Assembly: GCA_963700285.1 (NCBI GenBank)
Contig: CAVOXA010000001.1
Location: 352,001-416,000 of the forward strand
Source of the DNA: an uncultured Chloroflexia bacterium
GTDB lineage: Bacteria; Chloroflexota; Anaerolineae; JAAYZQ01
DNA length: 64,000 bases
Reading direction: 5' to 3'
Shown here: positions 10,533 through 20,366 of the stretch, one piece after another
Layout: each line of letters starts with the position of its first letter
How positions within the stretch are numbered: the stretch's first letter is position 1
Program-made: the position numbers and the translations under genes
The notes under the pieces: model-generated
Told to the model about the DNA's origin: nothing
The model's database searches: none
The model's input: only the letters and a program-made list of their open reading frames with translations

Positions 10533-11741
10533 GTGAGAACCATGGTCCTGGACGTCTCGACTTCAAAGATCCTGCTCACCCGGCTCCTGGGGCGTGTCTC
10601 CAGGGGGGCCTACTTTGGACCAACTTCGCCTCTGCGCCTGGTGACCCTGGCGGACCCGCCGCTGCCTGCGCAGGATTGGGTGCGCGTGCAGAACCGGTTG
10701 TGCGGCATCTGTGGCAGCGATCTCCACCAGCTCTTTGTCGATGCGAGCCTGGATGTAGCACCGGTAGCGCTACCCAGCCATCATCGCATCTACCTGGGCC
10801 ACGAGATGGTTGGTGAGATCGTGGAGACCGGCGATGCAGTCGAGGGTTTCGAGATGGGAGATAGGGTGGTACGTTGGGGCCGGGCCGACGACTGTCGGGC
10901 CCGTGGTCGCAAAGAGCTCTGTCCTGCCTGCGCCCGTGGGCATCGCGTGCTGTGCCAGTTCGCCTCCGAGCCGAAGGAACACCGGCCCATCGGCGGCGGC
11001 TTTGGTGATACCTTTATCACACCGGCCAGCACACTCCTGCCTGTCGTGGATGGTCTGACCGACGAACAGGCCATTTTCACGGAACCGGTGGCGGTGGCCA
11101 TCCACGCTGCCTGGCGGCGCCCGCCGGATGCTGGATGACCAGGTGCTGGTCCTGGGCTGCGGCACAATCGGGTTCCTGCTGATCCAGGTACTGCGGATCC
11201 TGCAGCCTGCTTGTGAGATTACGGCCCTGGCCCAGTTCCCATGGCAGGCAGAGATGGCCCAGGACTTGGGTGTGGCGCACGTTTTTCTGGCGAGCGACGA
11301 TGGCTTTGCCGAGGCGGCTCGCCTGACCGGCGCTCAGGTCGTACGAGGGGTGGGCTGGCAACAGGATGCTTTTGGGCGGCTTTGACCTGGTCTTATGATG
11401 TGGTCGGAACGTCCGGTACCCTGAACAATGCGCTGCGCTGGACGCGGGCTGGGGGAACGGTGGTTCTCGTTGGCGTGAACCTCCACCGTATGAAGCTGGA
11501 CGTCACGCCGGTCTGGTACCAGGAGGTGGATCTGATCGGCGCCGTGGGGCACGATGTCGTGACATGGGAAGGCGAGAGCATCTCTACCTTTGAGCTGGCG
11601 ATGCGTTGGCTACAAACAGGAGACGTGCTCTGCGAAAAGTTGCTGACACATCGCTTCTCCCTGGATGCCTACCCGCGGGCTTTTGGCGTTGCGATGGATA
11701 AAGCCAGGTGCCGCTCGATCAAGGTGGCGTTTGAGATGTGA
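10533..11741 (+). CDS. Zinc-dependent alcohol dehydrogenase (MDR family), three apparent single-base insertions
   Basis: CGICGSDLH, GHE, Cys cluster, GCGTIG Rossmann motif, LLTHRFSL; frame breaks near 11135, 11341 and 11393. Confidence 0.82.
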
Positions 11742-11831
11742 GACCAGCCTACAGATACCAGGGATGGAGCCGGTTTAACACAGGTCAATATCTCCAACAC
11801 CCAGTATCCGATCTCTCTGCAGGAGGAGAAC

Positions 11832-13182
11832 ATGGCAACATCAATGCTGGCAGTACCGTCGACCCGGCGCGAGCGCTGGGCCTGGTATCTGTATGATTTT
11901 GGCAATTCGGCCTACGCTTCCGTCGTCCTGTTGGCGGTCTATTCGGCCTACTTTCAGGGGCAGGTCGTCGGCGGGGCTGAGGGCACCCGGCAATGGGGAA
12001 GGGCCGTCTTCTTTGCCATGCTGATCGTGGCCCTGAGTGCGCCGGTATTGGGGGCGATCGCTGACTTTTCCGGGACCAAGAAGCGTTTTCTCCTTTTCTT
12101 CACAGCCATGGCCTGCATCTTTACGGCCAGCCTCTTTTTTGCCAAACCAGGCTATGTGCTGCTCGGTACGGGCTTTTTCATTCTGGCCGAGATTGGCTAT
12201 CGCAGCGCCCAGGTGTTCTACAACGGCCTGCTACCCGAGATCGCGACGCAGGAGGAAGTGGGGCGCGTTTCGGGCTATGGCTGGGCCATCGGTACAGCCG
12301 GCGGCATCGTCTGTCTGCTGCTCATCCTGCCGCTCATCGTGCTATTCGGCGACAAGCTTGCGGATGATACCCTCATCGTCCGCCTGTCGATGGTCATTAC
12401 GGCTGTCTTTTTCGCCGTCTCTGCCGTGCCCATCTTTCTCTGGCTGCAGGAGCGGGCCGAGCCACGAGTGCTGCCCCCTGGCGAGAACTATTTGAGTGTC
12501 GCCTTCAAGCGGTTATGGCAGACCATCAAGAACGTGGGCCATTACAAAGAGTTTGTCAAGTTCATCATCGCCTTTCTGATCTATAATGACGGCATCATCA
12601 TGGCCCTGGACTTTGCGGCCATCATTGGCGCGGTGCTCTTCGGGATGGATCAGCAAATGCTCATTGTTTTTGTCATTGTGGTCCAAATAACGAATGTCAT
12701 CGGTGCCTTTGTTTTTGGGTACCTGGTGGACCGCATCGGGGGTAAGCCATCCCTTATCGCATCGCTCCTGCTGATGATCGTCGTTGTGATCTGGCTGTTC
12801 CTTAACCAGACGCAGATCCGGGTTCTTCCTCATCGGGGCCGTGGCTGGCTTTGCTATGGCCGGGGCGCAGTCGGTCAGCCGGACGATGGTCGCCATGTTT
12901 GCTCCGCCTGGGCAGAGTGCAGAGTTCTATGGCTTTTTTGCTTTTGCCGGACGGACCTCGTCCTTCATCGGTCCTTTGGTCTATGGCACACTCGCCGCCG
13001 AGGCTGCACTCTGGTTCCAGGCTCGAGGCCAGGACGTTGTGCTGGCCGAAGAGTCAGGGCAACGGTTGGCGATCCTCTCCATTGGCGTGTTTATTCTCTT
13101 GGGTTTAATCGTTTTGGGGTTTGTTGACGAGGGAAAGGCACGCAAGGCGGCACTAGCAGATGTTCCAGATCGTACCACATAG
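11832..13182 (+). CDS. MFS transporter (UMF1/Atg22-like), frameshift near 12817
   Basis: AWYLYDFGNSAY, GAIAD, FYNGLLP, FLIYNDG; C-terminus QSVSRT..EFYGF..IGP in ORF 12841-13182. Confidence 0.85.
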
Positions 13183-13200
13183 GAGGCAATACCAAATATC

Positions 13201-14109
13201 ATGGTTTCTCAAATTGACCTGACGAGATGCGGTCCCCGTTTTTCGCGCCTGGCGCTGGGGTTGTGGCGCCTGGCAGATTGGCATATGGATGATGGCCAGC
13301 TTTTGGATCTGATCCATGCCTGCCTGGAGGTAGGGATCACCACCTTTGACCATGCTGACATCTATGGTAACTATGCCTGCGAGGAGCTCTTTGGCCGGGC
13401 TTTGCTCCAGAGTCCCTCCCTGCGGGAAGAAATGCAGATAGTGACCAAGTGTGGCATCATGCTGGTGTCGGACAGGCGACCCAAGCATGGCTTCAAGCAT
13501 TACGATACGAGCCGGGAGCACATCATCGCTTCGGTCGAGAACTCGCTGCGGATGCTGGGGACGGACCGGATCGACCTCCTTTTGATCCATCGTCCCGATC
13601 TGCTCATGGACCCCGACGAGGTCGCCCGGGCGTTCACCGCCTTGAGGGAAGCGGGCAAGGTGCTGTATTTTGGCGTCTCGAACTTTACGCCATCGCAGTT
13701 TGATCTTCTCGCCTCACGGCTCGATTTCCCTTTGGTCACCAACCAGATCGAGCTGTCGGTCCTGAATATGGAGGTGCTGCACGATGGCACGGTCGATCAA
13801 TGCCAGAAATTGGGCGTCTCTCCCATGGCTTGGTCGCCACTGGCTGAGGGGCGTCTCTTTCGGGATGACACAGAGCAAGCCCAGCGGCTGCGCGGGGCGC
13901 TCGCCACGATTGGCGAGCAGTTGGGTGGGGCGTCGATGGATCAGGTCGCGCTGGCCTGGATCCTGCGGCATCCGGCCATGATCGTGCCTGTCCTGGGTAC
14001 GGGTAAGGTCGAAAGAGTGCAGAGTGCTGCCGATGCTGAATCGCTGGTCCTGACCCGCGAGCAGTGGTTCACGATCTGGAGTGCGTCGAAGGGGGTTCCG
14101 GTTCCCTGA
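13201..14109 (+). CDS. Aldo/keto reductase (YdhF-like)
   Basis: GITTFDHADIYG, VTKCG, DLLLIHRPD, GVSNF, NQIE, AWSPL. Confidence 0.92.
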   Translation: MVSQIDLTRCGPRFSRLALGLWRLADWHMDDGQLLDLIHACLEVGITTFDHADIYGNYACEELFGRALLQSPSLREEMQIVTKCGIMLVSDRRPKHGFKHYDTSREHIIASVENSLRMLGTDRIDLLLIHRPDLLMDPDEVARAFTALREAGKVLYFGVSNFTPSQFDLLASRLDFPLVTNQIELSVLNMEVLHDGTVDQCQKLGVSPMAWSPLAEGRLFRDDTEQAQRLRGALATIGEQLGGASMDQVALAWILRHPAMIVPVLGTGKVERVQSAADAESLVLTREQWFTIWSASKGVPVP

Positions 14110-14264
14110 GAAGAAACACGGCGCGAGTTTCTGAGAAGAGCGGATGGGCAGGATTGGCGGATTCGGGCATCGCTGGGTACAGTGAGGCATTTTTGGGTCG
14201 CCCTTTGTCGCGGCGGCCGTATGGTGATTCTGGACATTGAGCAAAGAGAGGTGGAGGGTATCGC

Positions 14265-15977
14265 ATGGCGGAAATGACCGGTGGTGAGTTGTTGCTCAAG
14301 TGCCTGAAGGAAGAAGGCGTGACCGTGCTGTTCGGTATTTTGGATGGCAGTTTTAACCCCTTCTTGGCCAAGCTGGACGACTATGGCATGCGTTTTGTCA
14401 ATTCCCGCCATGAGGCGGCGGCGGCGCACATGGCCGAGGCTTGGTCCCGAATCCGGGGAGAGCCAGCTGTTGTCATCAGCGGCATCGGCCCCGGCGCAGC
14501 CAATATGGTTTCGGGCATCATCACCGCTTATGCCGAGGGCAGCCCGCTGGTTGCCATCAGCAGCCAGAGACGGCGCAATATCATCTATCCTGATCGCGGA
14601 GGCGCGTTCCAGAACGTAGACCTGCTGGGCTTGTACGGTCCGGTGACCAAGTGGAGCGCCAGCGTGCGTCAATGGCGCCGCCTGCCCGAGCTGATCCGCC
14701 GAGCCTATCGGGAAGCCACCACCGGCCGTCCGGGTCCGGTCTATCTGGAGATTCCAGAGGACATCATGCGGGCCAGCGGCAACCCTGAGAAAGTGGAGGT
14801 TTGGCCGCGTTCGGGGTACAGGGCGGGCAGGCCCGGCGCGGGCGATCCGGCGTTGGTGGACCGAGCTGCTGATATGCTGGCCGCGGCCGAGCGTCCCCTG
14901 CTGCACGCGGGGGCGGGGGTTTCGTGGGCCGGGGCCTGGGACGAGTTTCTTGCCGTGGCTGACTACCTGGCGGCGGCGATGACCACCAGCCTCAGTGCGC
15001 GCGGTGTCGTTCCCGAAGACCACCCTCGCTACTACCACGCGCTGAACCGGGAGGCGCTGGAAGCCGCCCGTACGGAGGCCGACGTCGTGCTCGTCGTGGG
15101 CGGGCGCCTGGGCGAATTGGATGGTTGGGGACGAGCGCCGTCGTGGGGCGATGCGTCCCAGCAAAAGACCATCCACGTGGACCTGGATCCGGCCTCCATC
15201 GGCCTGAATCGCCCTGTAGACGTGGGTATCGTGGGTGATGCCAAGGATGTCTTGGGCGCTTTGTTGGCGGCCGTGAAGCAGTGTACGGTACCGAAAGATG
15301 AACACGCGGGCTTTGAGAGATACGCGGTGCTCACCCAGGCGTGGCGGGATCAACTCGAGATGGCACTCCAGGCGGGCGAGGGCGAGATCAACCCCGGCCG
15401 GTTGGTGCAGGTTGTTCGGGGCTTTTTCCCGCGCGATGCGATCACAGTCATGGATGGAGGCAATACCAGCCTGTGGAGTGCCAGCTACAATCCCATCCTG
15501 GCGCCACGCAGCTACCTCTATACGGCCAAGTTCGGGCACCTAGGTACTGGGCTGCCCTATGCCATCGGGGCCAAGCTGGCAGCTCCAGACCGGCCGGTCT
15601 ATCTGATCTCCGGGGATGGGGCCATTGGTTTCAATATCCAGGAACTGGAGACGGCGCGACGCTACGGTGCGGCGATCACCGTGGTCGTCGCCTGCGACCG
15701 GGGCTGGGGGATGGAGCGCTCATCGCAGATGTTTGCCCAGATTGATGGCTTGGTAGAGTGCGACCTCTACCCCGAGACGCGCTACGATCGGATTGCCGAG
15801 GCCATTGGTTGCCACGGGGAACTGGTAGAAAAGATCGATGAGCTGCGCCCCGCCCTGGAACGTGCCGCGGCTTCGGGCAAACCAGCCTTGATCCAGGCGA
15901 TGGTCGATCCGATGAACAACCTGGCGCCTCCGGGCATCCTGGTGTTCACTTCGATGGTCTATCGGGCAGAGGATTAG
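14265..15977 (+). CDS. Thiamine-pyrophosphate-dependent enzyme (acetolactate synthase / 2-hydroxyacyl-CoA lyase superfamily)
   Basis: RHEAAAAHMA, GPGAAN, GRPGPVYLEIP, GHLGTGLPYAIG, SGDGAIG. Confidence 0.9.
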   Translation: MAEMTGGELLLKCLKEEGVTVLFGILDGSFNPFLAKLDDYGMRFVNSRHEAAAAHMAEAWSRIRGEPAVVISGIGPGAANMVSGIITAYAEGSPLVAISSQRRRNIIYPDRGGAFQNVDLLGLYGPVTKWSASVRQWRRLPELIRRAYREATTGRPGPVYLEIPEDIMRASGNPEKVEVWPRSGYRAGRPGAGDPALVDRAADMLAAAERPLLHAGAGVSWAGAWDEFLAVADYLAAAMTTSLSARGVVPEDHPRYYHALNREALEAARTEADVVLVVGGRLGELDGWGRAPSWGDASQQKTIHVDLDPASIGLNRPVDVGIVGDAKDVLGALLAAVKQCTVPKDEHAGFERYAVLTQAWRDQLEMALQAGEGEINPGRLVQVVRGFFPRDAITVMDGGNTSLWSASYNPILAPRSYLYTAKFGHLGTGLPYAIGAKLAAPDRPVYLISGDGAIGFNIQELETARRYGAAITVVVACDRGWGMERSSQMFAQIDGLVECDLYPETRYDRIAEAIGCHGELVEKIDELRPALERAAASGKPALIQAMVDPMNNLAPPGILVFTSMVYRAED

Positions 15978-16025
15978 GGGATTGGGGAGCGGGGAAACCA
16001 GGAGTCGGAGGGTCTAGGGGGAGAG

Positions 16026-16858
16026 ATGGAGCTTGGGCTAAGAGACAAGGTAGCGGTTGTCACGGGTGCGGGGCGCAAGGGGGGCATTGGAGCGGCGGTT
16101 GGGCTGGAGCTGGCTCGGAATGGGGCTCACGTGGTCGTGAGTGATATCTGTGCGCCGCCGACGGAACTGCCCCATGCTGGTTGCGGTGAGTGGACGGAGC
16201 TGGTCGCTGTCGCCGAGGAGATCGAGCTCTAGGTGTGAAGGGGCTGCCTGTGCGCGTGGATGTGACCGACGCTGATTCGGTCCAGGCGATGGTGGCGGAG
16301 ACCAGGAAGAGCTTTGGCCGGCTGGACATCTTGGTGAACAACGCGGGTGTGGCCATCGGTCCGGCGCCGGTGGTCCAGATGGCCGAAGAGGCATGGCGGC
16401 GTACCCTGGAGATCAATGCCACGGGCACCTTTCTGTGCAGCCAAGCCATGCTGCCGCTGATGATCGAGGGTAGACAGGGGGGGCGCATCATCAACATGTC
16501 CTCCCTGGCCGCCGAGCGACCCAAGCCCTACGTCTCGGCCTACGCGGCCAGCAAGGCGGCCGTCGTGGCCCTCACCCGCTCGCTGGCCCAGGAAGTAGCC
16601 GAGTTCGGGATCACCGTCAACGCGGTCCTACCTGGTGACGTAGACACGGCGCTGAAGCAGTGGGGTTTGCAGCTCGAGGCACTGGTTACCCAGCAGGACT
16701 ATGACCAGGTTATGGCCGCGGCCGTGGCCAAGGTACCGCTGGGGCGCTTTGCGACGCCGGCGGACGTGGCCTACCTGGTGGCCTACCTGGCGTCGGATCG
16801 GGCCAGTTTCATCACGGGCCAGGCTTACAATCTTACTGGGGGTAGGGAGTTAACATAG
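16026..16858 (+). CDS. SDR oxidoreductase, frameshift near 16228
   Basis: TGAGRKGGIG in ORF 16026-16232; NNAG and YAASK in ORF 16190-16858. Confidence 0.85.
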
Positions 16859-16895
16859 GTTTGGATTATCGCCTGTTGTTCCCCTCTTTTGTGGC

Positions 16896-17651
16896 TCACT
16901 GGGCTACATAGCCGCCGTCCACCACCAGGGCATGCCCGGTCACATACGACGCTGCGTCGCTACACAGCCAAACTACTGCCTCTGCCACCTCTTCTGGTGC
17001 CCCTGGTCGCCCGATCGGTTCCTTGGACACGACTCGTTCTCGCCGCACAGGATCGCCGAGCGTGTTTGCTGTCATGGGAGTGTGGATCAGGCCGGGGCAT
17101 ACCTCATTCACGCGAATCCCTTCTCTTGCATAGTCCAGCGCCCCTGCCTTGGTCAGGCCGCTGACCCCGTGCTTGCTGGCAACATAGGGCGCTTCGCCGG
17201 TCATGCCAACCACCCCCCATATGGAAGACATGTTGACGATGGCCCCGCTGCCTTGCTCGAGCATCTGGATCAACTCGTATTTCATACACAGCCAGACGCC
17301 CTTGAGGTTGATGCCCAGGAGTCGATCCCACTCTTCTTCAGAGACCATGTGCACGCGACCTTCTATCGAAATGCCGGCATTGTTGAACGCCGCATCCAGC
17401 CGGCCGTAGACCTGGGCGGCTCGGTTGACCAGTGCTTCCACCTCAGTTGCCTGGGCCACGTCGGTTCTCACAAAGATGGCTTCTCCGCCCCCGTCCTCGA
17501 TCAGGCGAACCGTCCCTTCACCTCCCGCGACGTTTACATCGGCGATGACGACCTTTGCGCCCTCGGCCGCGAATCTGAGCGCCGTGGCCCGACCTATCCC
17601 TGAGCTGCCGCCTGTTACCAAAGCGACCCTGCCCTCCAATTGACCTGTCAC
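16896..17651 (-). CDS. SDR oxidoreductase
   Basis: TGGSSGIG, NNAG, YVASK, VDGG; probable GTG start at 17651. Confidence 0.9.
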   Translation of the reverse strand: MTGQLEGRVALVTGGSSGIGRATALRFAAEGAKVVIADVNVAGGEGTVRLIEDGGGEAIFVRTDVAQATEVEALVNRAAQVYGRLDAAFNNAGISIEGRVHMVSEEEWDRLLGINLKGVWLCMKYELIQMLEQGSGAIVNMSSIWGVVGMTGEAPYVASKHGVSGLTKAGALDYAREGIRVNEVCPGLIHTPMTANTLGDPVRRERVVSKEPIGRPGAPEEVAEAVVWLCSDAASYVTGHALVVDGGYVAQ

Positions 17652-17857
17652 TTGTAGCCTTCTCCTTTCTATCCTTCTGCACGCCCTCGCCTCTCCGCAA
17701 AGATCGCGGGTTCGCTGGCCACGGCAAGGGCGTTCACGCTGCTCTTTCCATCGTATGGTTTCCCTGGTGGGTTCCATGCATTGTACTCGCGTATGGCGTG
17801 CAATGCAAGTGCCCAATCTTCCAGCTGTTCCGGCCCTGATCACTTGCCGATTTCCCC

Positions 17858-17905
17858 TTGACAAATGAACAGCTATCTGATAGAATATGAACCGGGAGTT
17901 CATAT
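17858..17905 (+). promoter_or_regulatory. Sigma70 promoter overlapped by a palindromic operator (probable TetR autoregulation site)
   Basis: TTGACA (17858-17863), 17 nt, TAGAAT (17881-17886); ATATGAAC-N5-GTTCATAT (17885-17905). Confidence 0.8.
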
Positions 17906-17968
17906 ATGATAGAACTGTCAGAGTGGACGCGTATCCATGCCTACATCCTCCACTTCGAAGAGGAGGGT

Positions 17969-18631
17969 TTGGTAACCCGTACCTTCCGGCGGCTGGACCC
18001 GGGGCGGCAGCAGGTGATCCTCAGCGCCATCGTCGAGGAGGCTGTAGAAAAGGGCCCAACGGCAGTCAGCGTCAAGCGGGTCGCCGCGCGGGCGGGGGTT
18101 TCGGTCGGCGCCTTGTACACCTATTTCCCCGACCGGGACGCCATGCTGGCCTTTGCCGTCCAGGTCTGTGCGCGTTTTGTGGTTGGGGCCTTTGAAGAGT
18201 TCCGGCCCTACCTGGCGGCTCTCCCGCTGCGCGAAGCGCTGGCCATGTACCTAGCCGGCGGCATCGAGTGGAGCCGCTACTACAACGACCTGGTGCGTCT
18301 CTTTGCCCGGGCTGCCTATCACGGCGATCCAGAGTTGGACGAACAACTCGTCCGTCCTGTATCTGACAAGATGCGGGAGATGGTTCATGATATCCTAAGC
18401 CAGGCCGCTGAGCGAGGTGAGATCCGGGAGGATGTGGATCTGGAGGCCGCCACGCGCATCGTCCACACGTTGATGATCGCCGTCGGGGACAGCCAGCTGC
18501 TGCCCTATCTCAACACCTACTTCCAGGTGACGGATGAGGATATGCCACCAGATCGAGCATTGGCGTCATTGATTTCACTCGTCCTGGATGGCATTGGCGG
18601 AGAAGGATCACGGGGGCACTCTGATGGATGA
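17969..18631 (+). CDS. TetR/AcrR family transcriptional regulator
   Basis: HTH SVKRVAARAGVSVGALYTYF; GEIREDVD; TTG start after AGGAGG. Confidence 0.9.
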   Translation: MVTRTFRRLDPGRQQVILSAIVEEAVEKGPTAVSVKRVAARAGVSVGALYTYFPDRDAMLAFAVQVCARFVVGAFEEFRPYLAALPLREALAMYLAGGIEWSRYYNDLVRLFARAAYHGDPELDEQLVRPVSDKMREMVHDILSQAAERGEIREDVDLEAATRIVHTLMIAVGDSQLLPYLNTYFQVTDEDMPPDRALASLISLVLDGIGGEGSRGHSDG

Positions 18632-18676
18632 GACTCTCTCTGCCCAATAGACAGCGTGTGTTCGCGAGGTAGACCT

Positions 18677-19093
18677 ATGCGAGTTCTTGCATATCTTGCG
18701 GCTGTGCTGATGCTCTTGCTTGCTGCTTCTGTCGTGTTCCGGAGGGTACGCCGTGACTACTTGGATCGTGGCAAGCTGACCGGTTGGACTTTGGCCTTGC
18801 AGTTGGCCCTTTTCATCTTCTATGGACTGCTCGTACAATGGGGGCTCATTGAAGTGGGCTAGCTCAGGTGGCATGCTACTGGCCTGTCCCTCATCTTGGG
18901 CCTCGTAAGTGGGGCTGGAGGGATCGCAATCCTGATTGCTGCGCTCGGTGTGTTCGCCTCCTTGCGGCGCATGGTTGGTCGGGAGGTGACTGACTTGAAA
19001 CAGTTGGGCGTGTACTCCTGGACGCGGGATCCCCAAGCGCGAGTCGCGGTGAAAAAGACACTGCATGCCTCATCTGAGAGGAGAATGAAGTGA
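18677..19093 (+). pseudogene. Remnant of a PEMT/ICMT-like membrane methyltransferase
   Basis: Hydrophobic frame interrupted by TAG at 18860-18862, continuing in frame to LKQLGVYSWTRDPQ (like L...GPY..SRNP), then truncated. Confidence 0.55.
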
Positions 19094-19330
19094 GCGTGTG
19101 GGAAGCACTGTTCTGGATCTACCTGGTCAACGCGATCCTGTTGATCAGTCACGAGATAGACTCGGCATATGAGCCTGGGCGGCCTCTTTGCCTTTGGCAT
19201 CCATACCTACTTTCTTCGCTAGGGTCGGGATGAGTTCAAGGCCCCCATGTCACAGTTCATCCTCGTCGCCACCCTCGTCTTGTCGCTAATGCAGGCCGCG
19301 CTGACCGTGGATTTCCTCTTGCAGATCTGA
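19090..19330 (+). pseudogene. Remnant of a small membrane protein (HEIDSAY motif, DUF6713-like)
   Basis: LFWIYLVNAILLISHEIDSAY, then frame change to GLFAFGIHTYFLR*GRDEFK...; apparent internal deletion plus TAG. Confidence 0.5.
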
Positions 19331-19344
19331 AAGGAGAGTCGGAA

Positions 19345-20247
19345 ATGAAACTGACGGGCATCCATTTTCTACTGAGCTACAGGTGTACGGATGAGTGCGA
19401 TCACTGCTTTCTGTGGAGCAGCCCCTGGGCCAAGGGGACGATGACGCTGGCCCAGATCCAGGATGTGCTCCACCAAACCATAGCGGTGGGTACAGTGGAT
19501 ATGGTTTACTTTGAGGGGGGCGAGCCCTTCCTGTTCTATCCGATCATGCTCGCTGGCCTCCGGGAGGCGGCGTCGCTGGGTATCAAACGGGGCATCGTCA
19601 CCAACAACTATTGGGCAACGTCGGTCGAGGATGCCGTCGAATGGCTGCGGCCCGTTGCCGAGATCGGCCTTGACGATCTAAGCCTGTCCAGCGACCTGTT
19701 CCACGGCGAGGCAGTGATGATGCAGTCCGCGCTGAACGCGATGGAGGCTGCGAAACGATTGGGTCTGCCTGACAGCGTGATCACCATCGATGTCCCGGAG
19801 GGGTGCTGCGCCGATACCCAGGATGGCAAGGGAGAGCCCATTGCAGGTGGTCCGGTTCGCTTCAGGGGACGGGCTGTGGCCAGGCTCGCAGAGGGCATGC
19901 CGCGCCAGCCCTGGACTGGGTTCACGCGGTGCCCGGACGAGGATTTCGCCGACCCCGGCCGTGTTCACGTCGACGCTTTTGGCCATGTGCACGTGTGCCA
20001 GGGCTTGGTTATGGGCAACGTCTGGCAACGTCCTTTGGCAGAGATCGTGGCCGGGTATGATCCCGGGGCTCACCCCATCATCGGACCACTGATGGAGGGC
20101 GGGCCCGCTGCTCTCGTGGACCGCTACGACCTCCCTCATGAGGAGGGCTATATTGATGCTTGCCATCTGTGCTACGTGGCTCGGGACGCGCTGCGTGGCC
20201 AGTTTCCGGGAGTCCTGGCTCCCCCCACGGTCTACGGCGAGCTGTGA
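19345..20247 (+). CDS. Radical SAM protein with SPASM-like C-terminus
   Basis: CTDECDHC, GGEP, TN; later Cys residues (RCP, HVCQG, ACHLC). Confidence 0.9.
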   Translation: MKLTGIHFLLSYRCTDECDHCFLWSSPWAKGTMTLAQIQDVLHQTIAVGTVDMVYFEGGEPFLFYPIMLAGLREAASLGIKRGIVTNNYWATSVEDAVEWLRPVAEIGLDDLSLSSDLFHGEAVMMQSALNAMEAAKRLGLPDSVITIDVPEGCCADTQDGKGEPIAGGPVRFRGRAVARLAEGMPRQPWTGFTRCPDEDFADPGRVHVDAFGHVHVCQGLVMGNVWQRPLAEIVAGYDPGAHPIIGPLMEGGPAALVDRYDLPHEEGYIDACHLCYVARDALRGQFPGVLAPPTVYGEL

Positions 20248-20366
20248 GCCATCCAGTGGTCTTGACCTAGATCAGATACCGTGGGGGCGGTTCTCCATAG
20301 CCGCCGGTCTCAGTAGTCAAGGCTTGTCTGTGCAAGGTTGGGAGAGGTGCTGACGGGAGGGAAAAG

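Noticed and set aside
13941-15539. Long antisense or alternative-frame ORFs (also 59829-61325, 59812-61104, 41547-42602, 2912-4009)
   Set aside because: Shadows of well-supported genes in GC-rich DNA, with no recognisable motifs
18860-19222. In-frame TAG codons in two adjacent membrane-protein genes as pyrrolysine or amber recoding
   Set aside because: Both genes also show truncation or deletion, many intact genes here end in TAG, and the MttB homologue has no amber codon
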